This document shows positions 60,401-64,000 of a stretch of 64,000 nucleotides of DNA, piece by piece. The notes under the pieces are model-generated. The model was not told where the DNA came from. It worked only from the letters and a program-made list of their open reading frames with translations, and searched no databases. The DNA is from a virus. The stretch lies in IMG/VR virus record IMGVR_UViG_3300039098_000035, positions 17,832 to 81,831 of that record. One strand, written 5' to 3'. Within the stretch, counting starts at the first letter, position 1; the number at the start of each line of letters is the position of its first letter. The translations under genes were made by a program, and so were the position numbers.

Positions 60401-62150
60401 TGTTAGCCTCCAGTGGGTTATATTGCTTAACCTTTTTCTTTTTAACGACTTGTACATCGTGTTGAATCTCCATACCATTTGGTAGGTATGCGCTAAGTCT
60501 AAGTTCTTGTAGGTTATGAGGAAGTTCTACTACTACAAATTCTAATGCTGTAATACCGTGGTCCTTTTTATCGACAGGTTTCTTAGTAGGTGCACCTTGT
60601 TTATCTAGTTTAAACTTATAGTTCAAGGCTTCTTCAATTAAGAATTCACAGGTAGAGAACACTTCAATCTGATCATGATTAATTAGGGCGTTCATTTTAA
60701 TTATGCGGGCTTCATGAGATGCGAATGATGGTTGGAAATAAAGCCCTTGTGCTTCAAACATTCCCCCTATTGTTTTTAAATCGCTCTCACGTTTATTATA
60801 ACTTCTGCCATCAAACGGTGGTTGCATAAGTAAACCATTTACATCAGTTGCATTTAGCCTGATTGCATTTCGATACCCTTTAGCTATATTCTTAACATCG
60901 GTATCGTTAACACGGTACTCATCAAACACATATAGCTTCCTAGTTTCTATAGAGAACGCAGTAAACACTACGTGTGTAGGGTCATTGATTCCATAATCAA
61001 GCCCTGGTATAAAGAACAGAACTCTTCTGCCTCTTTCATCAAATTCTCTAGGCAGTGGATGCGGCGCTACAATGCAAACTCCAAAGTTAGGGAACACCAG
61101 ATTACTTGAGAAGTTAAACGATCCTTTATAAAATTGCTGCACGTATGCTTTAGTTTTGTTACGTGTCTGCTCTTCCTCATATGTTTCAGGTAAATAAGGA
61201 TTGGCACTTGTTGAGACTACTTGTACATATTTGTACTTGTCTCTGGTTTTGTGGTATTTATATCCTTCGTTATATGCATCACCATAAAACTCTACAGTCT
61301 TAGCGTCTAACAAAAATTCTGTTTTAACCCACCCACTATCAGGGTTGGTCTCTAATGAAATATGCCGAACATCAATACGATACTTAATCTTCATCTCGCC
61401 TGATCTAGAATCGTAGTACTTAACAACTGCGCCGTTATGGTCGTATTCAGGAATCATTGCAGCTGTATTTCTAATACGAGACTGCATCATAGTAAACCCT
61501 GCAAAAGGACAATCAGATGCTTCTACAATAACTACCATGGTTAGGTTCATAGATTTCATCTTAGTGAAATCATCAAACGATCTGAACCATATCTCTGAAC
61601 CGTTCGTAAGTACAATCTCATGTTTACTTTCGTTCTTGCTTCTAACCAAACGAGCAGGGAACATAGCGTAGAACTCTTTAATAAATGTACTCTGCAGTGC
61701 TGGGTATGATCTACCTGTTACAGCCACACGCGCACCTTGGATAAGGAGAACATGTTTGATAACATCTTCAAGATTTACCCTAGATTTACCTGTACCAAAA
61801 CCTCCGGCAGACATCTTATAGCGCTCACGTCTACGAAGAAACTCTGCTTGGTACGTTGTAGGTCTAAAGGTATTTATTAACGTTCCGCATTCAGGACACT
61901 CATTGAAAGAAGGACTAGGTGTCCCATCTATTGCAGGAGATTTTATTAAAGGTTTGTTACAGCGAGGACAGTTAGTTAAGTCCTCAAGTACAGATATCCT
62001 GTGGGGAACTACAGCATCTTTGATTACTTCTGTAATTCCGTGCGTAGTTCTTACAGCATCTCTCAATGACATTCCTTTAGAGGGCGCGAGTATTTTAAAA
62101 GACACATCATCAACGGGTGTGCCTTTAATTGTAATAGGTTTATCTGTCAT
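60240..62150 (-). CDS. terL: Terminase large subunit with N-terminal zinc ribbon
   Basis: PTTYQ, Walker A GGFGTGKS, NGSEIWF, ETNPD, ANPYLP, RNase H-like GLDYGINDPT, KKDHG; CPRC...CPECG at the N-terminus. Confidence 0.92.
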   Translation of the reverse strand: MTDKPITIKGTPVDDVSFKILAPSKGMSLRDAVRTTHGITEVIKDAVVPHRISVLEDLTNCPRCNKPLIKSPAIDGTPSPSFNECPECGTLINTFRPTTYQAEFLRRRERYKMSAGGFGTGKSRVNLEDVIKHVLLIQGARVAVTGRSYPALQSTFIKEFYAMFPARLVRSKNESKHEIVLTNGSEIWFRSFDDFTKMKSMNLTMVVIVEASDCPFAGFTMMQSRIRNTAAMIPEYDHNGAVVKYYDSRSGEMKIKYRIDVRHISLETNPDSGWVKTEFLLDAKTVEFYGDAYNEGYKYHKTRDKYKYVQVVSTSANPYLPETYEEEQTRNKTKAYVQQFYKGSFNFSSNLVFPNFGVCIVAPHPLPREFDERGRRVLFFIPGLDYGINDPTHVVFTAFSIETRKLYVFDEYRVNDTDVKNIAKGYRNAIRLNATDVNGLLMQPPFDGRSYNKRESDLKTIGGMFEAQGLYFQPSFASHEARIIKMNALINHDQIEVFSTCEFLIEEALNYKFKLDKQGAPTKKPVDKKDHGITALEFVVVELPHNLQELRLSAYLPNGMEIQHDVQVVKKKKVKQYNPLEANNVRSNYGFINNPIIPGHHNGNTVHSIFDERWDTDEDRDTENVNRPLHAYIPRT

Positions 62151-62584
62151 TAGATTGGGGACCTATTATTTTCAGGCACGTTAGGTAGAAATTCTTTCTC
62201 ATCCTTAGTTAAAGGAGTCTGTATATATATGTACTGTGTCGGTACTGCAAATGATGGTTTATGATCATCCCGATACCTGATAGCACTGTTGAGTTTAGCA
62301 GAGTCTGCCATTCCAACATGTATATCAGGGTCCATATATTTACTGACTATAATACCCGCCTGAGTATAGTGTATTTTATCTATATAATCTTGTACCCGAC
62401 TATCCGTAATAAACATCTGCCAATCACTAAATTGGGTGGCCTGTCCTATAAGTACGGCAAGCTCATGAGGATTGGAAACAAATAGTTTATCATATTGTGT
62501 AGAAAGCCCCTCTGCATAATTCCACAGATTAGCCAGGTGTAACATCTTCGGTTCTGTCTTACTGAACAATGCCAATGAAATCAT
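62150..62584 (-). CDS. Hypothetical protein (terminase small subunit candidate by position)
   Basis: 144 aa, coupled (TAATG) directly upstream of terL. Confidence 0.45.
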   Translation of the reverse strand: MISLALFSKTEPKMLHLANLWNYAEGLSTQYDKLFVSNPHELAVLIGQATQFSDWQMFITDSRVQDYIDKIHYTQAGIIVSKYMDPDIHVGMADSAKLNSAIRYRDDHKPSFAVPTQYIYIQTPLTKDEKEFLPNVPENNRSPI

Positions 62585-62588
62585 ATTG

Positions 62589-63092
62589 TCACTTCCTTAA
62601 GTGAGGTAGGTTAAGAGCCCGTCCTCGTTTTGTTTCTTTAAGCAGTATTGGTACTTTGTCTCTATAGTAATATGTCTTGTCTTTCTTAGTATTCTTTCTT
62701 ATACGGTAAAGCGTAAATTCATCGATAGGGTAGAAGCGTGATAAGAGAAGTACTTCATGTCTAGCTTCACGTAGTGTATCAAACAAATACTCTTTACGTT
62801 TATGTACAAGCACTGCTCTTTGTTTAGTGCCTGCTTTAGGTTTATTACCTGTAATACCTCTAAAGTTATTATACCCTGTATATTTAATATTGTCTATATC
62901 GTCTTCTGTCGCCTGTGAAAAAACAAACTGAAATGTACTACGCAAAAATGCTAAGCTGTGCTTTGTAAACACGCTTAACAACCAATCAAGCCCACCATCT
63001 GTTAAATATAACTCATGATCTTCAAGCACGTTATAATCATTTGATATTGTATAAGGTACATGCGTTTCCACTGCGTATGCTTTTAAAACCAT
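62589..63092 (-). CDS. Hypothetical basic protein
   Basis: 167-aa ORF; the frame stays open ~48 codons upstream, so the start is uncertain. Confidence 0.6.
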   Translation of the reverse strand: MVLKAYAVETHVPYTISNDYNVLEDHELYLTDGGLDWLLSVFTKHSLAFLRSTFQFVFSQATEDDIDNIKYTGYNNFRGITGNKPKAGTKQRAVLVHKRKEYLFDTLREARHEVLLLSRFYPIDEFTLYRIRKNTKKDKTYYYRDKVPILLKETKRGRALNLPHLRK

Positions 63093-63187
63093 TGCAAGGT
63101 TTGTGCTACGTAAAGGATACTTACGAATTTCTTCAGCAGTAAGTATCCCTATATGTAAACACTTTTTAACGTACGCTTCTGAAAATT

Positions 63188-63460
63188 CTAGAATAATTGA
63201 TCCATAGCGCCTGCTTGCATAGTAGCAAGATCTTCTTCAGGCTCTTCTTCAAATTCCGCTACAGGTTCTACACCTGCTTGAATAATCAATGATGTTTCAT
63301 CTATTGTAAAGTCTAACCCAGAATCATTAGCCATACGGATAACCTGAATAAGCGCTAACTTATCCATAGCTGCAACGTCTACGCTTAACACTCCTGTGTC
63401 ATAGTCTTCAGTGTACTGTACACCAAGTTGATCCAGTTGTACAATAATATCTTCAAACAT
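63188..63460 (-). CDS. Small acidic hypothetical protein
   Basis: 90 aa, AAGGAG RBS, preceded by TGCTATAAT (63493-63485). Confidence 0.7.
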   Translation of the reverse strand: MFEDIIVQLDQLGVQYTEDYDTGVLSVDVAAMDKLALIQVIRMANDSGLDFTIDETSLIIQAGVEPVAEFEEEPEEDLATMQAGAMDQLF

Positions 63461-63502
63461 ATTACCAACTCCTTTTATATTTTTATTATAGCATACTACA
63501 TT

Positions 63503-63856
63503 TTATTCTTCTAACTCTTTTAGTAATTGTGTTTCATACGCTACAAGCTTCGCTCCTATAGCTATGAATTTCTCACACGCTGATTTAAGGTTTGCCAAGT
63601 CTTCATCGTTATCAATCACGAAGTATCTATTAAGGCTGGAATCAAGCAAGTATTCTTGCCACCACATCTGCATTGGTTGTAAGCCATAATAGCTGGAACC
63701 TTTGAACTCAACGTAGATAGTCCCACCTCCTGAAGGTAATCCAAGAAATCTATCAGGGATCCCTTTCGCCAAATTTGCTGGACCCTTTACAGGAACTATG
63801 TCACGTTCTTTACACCATGCACAAAAGTTCCGTTCCAGTCTTTTCTCGCCAGTCAT
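63503..63856 (-). CDS. VRR-NUC family nuclease
   Basis: EKRLE..., GIPDRF, IYVEFK, LQPMQ..W motifs. Confidence 0.85.
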   Translation of the reverse strand: MTGEKRLERNFCAWCKERDIVPVKGPANLAKGIPDRFLGLPSGGGTIYVEFKGSSYYGLQPMQMWWQEYLLDSSLNRYFVIDNDEDLANLKSACEKFIAIGAKLVAYETQLLKELEE

Positions 63857-64000
63857 TAATCTATGATACCATTCTTACGCAGGGCATCGACTGTTAATTT
63901 ATATAAGTCTGCGCGTTCATTTGCACGTTCAACATTATCTGTTAATTTATTTAATTGGGCTCCAGTATTCCTAAGTACGTTGAGTAATAAGATGTACACT
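63856..64000 (-). CDS. 3' end of a hypothetical protein (truncated by window)
   Basis: Open frame ...LYKLTVDALRKNGIID* with TAATG coupling to VRR-NUC. Confidence 0.55.
   Translation of the reverse strand, partial: VYILLLNVLRNTGAQLNKLTDNVERANERADLYKLTVDALRKNGIID

Larger units (their letters stand above)
1..64000. mobile_element. Tailed dsDNA bacteriophage genome segment (Caudoviricetes, probably podovirus-like)
   Basis: Terminase, portal, N4-gp56-type capsid, tail fibre with intramolecular chaperone, PolA/primase/helicase module. No tape measure, sheath or tube gene recognised. No host housekeeping genes or integrase seen. Confidence 0.95.

Overview
The window is a contiguous ~64 kb piece of an AT-rich tailed dsDNA bacteriophage genome, probably of podovirus morphology. 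It uses genetic code 11, strong AGGAGG ribosome-binding sites and sigma70/sigmaA-type promoters. Positions 1-8.6 kb (+ strand) are a replication/recombination module: Toprim primase, SSB, SNF2 helicase, family A DNA polymerase, PD-(D/E)XK nuclease, a Spo11/TopoVI-A-like (Mini-A-type) protein and a Sak4-like ATPase. Positions 8.7-64 kb (- strand) are the virion module: VRR-NUC, terminase, portal, membrane proteins, scaffold, adaptor, nozzle, an ejection-type protein, a 3889-aa tail fibre, a lipoprotein, an N4-gp56-type major capsid protein and a 7596-aa giant protein. The main finding is in the giant protein. It contains, in correct order in one chain, recognisable beta and beta' core segments of a two-barrel (multisubunit-type) RNA polymerase, including a DNDGD metal-binding motif and a trigger-loop-like His, and it apparently lacks the beta flap. 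It also carries DEDD exonuclease motifs, a hydrophobic N-terminus and a polyvalent-protein-like C-terminus, which makes it a candidate injected virion RNA polymerase polyprotein. Other notable items are a covarying pseudoknot-like RNA motif present twice, two long structured leaders (one a rod-shaped ncRNA candidate), terminator/promoter overlap cassettes, an adaptor fused to adhesin domains, and exact DNA repeats bounding tail-fibre modules. All assignments come from motif recognition by eye; no database searches were run.
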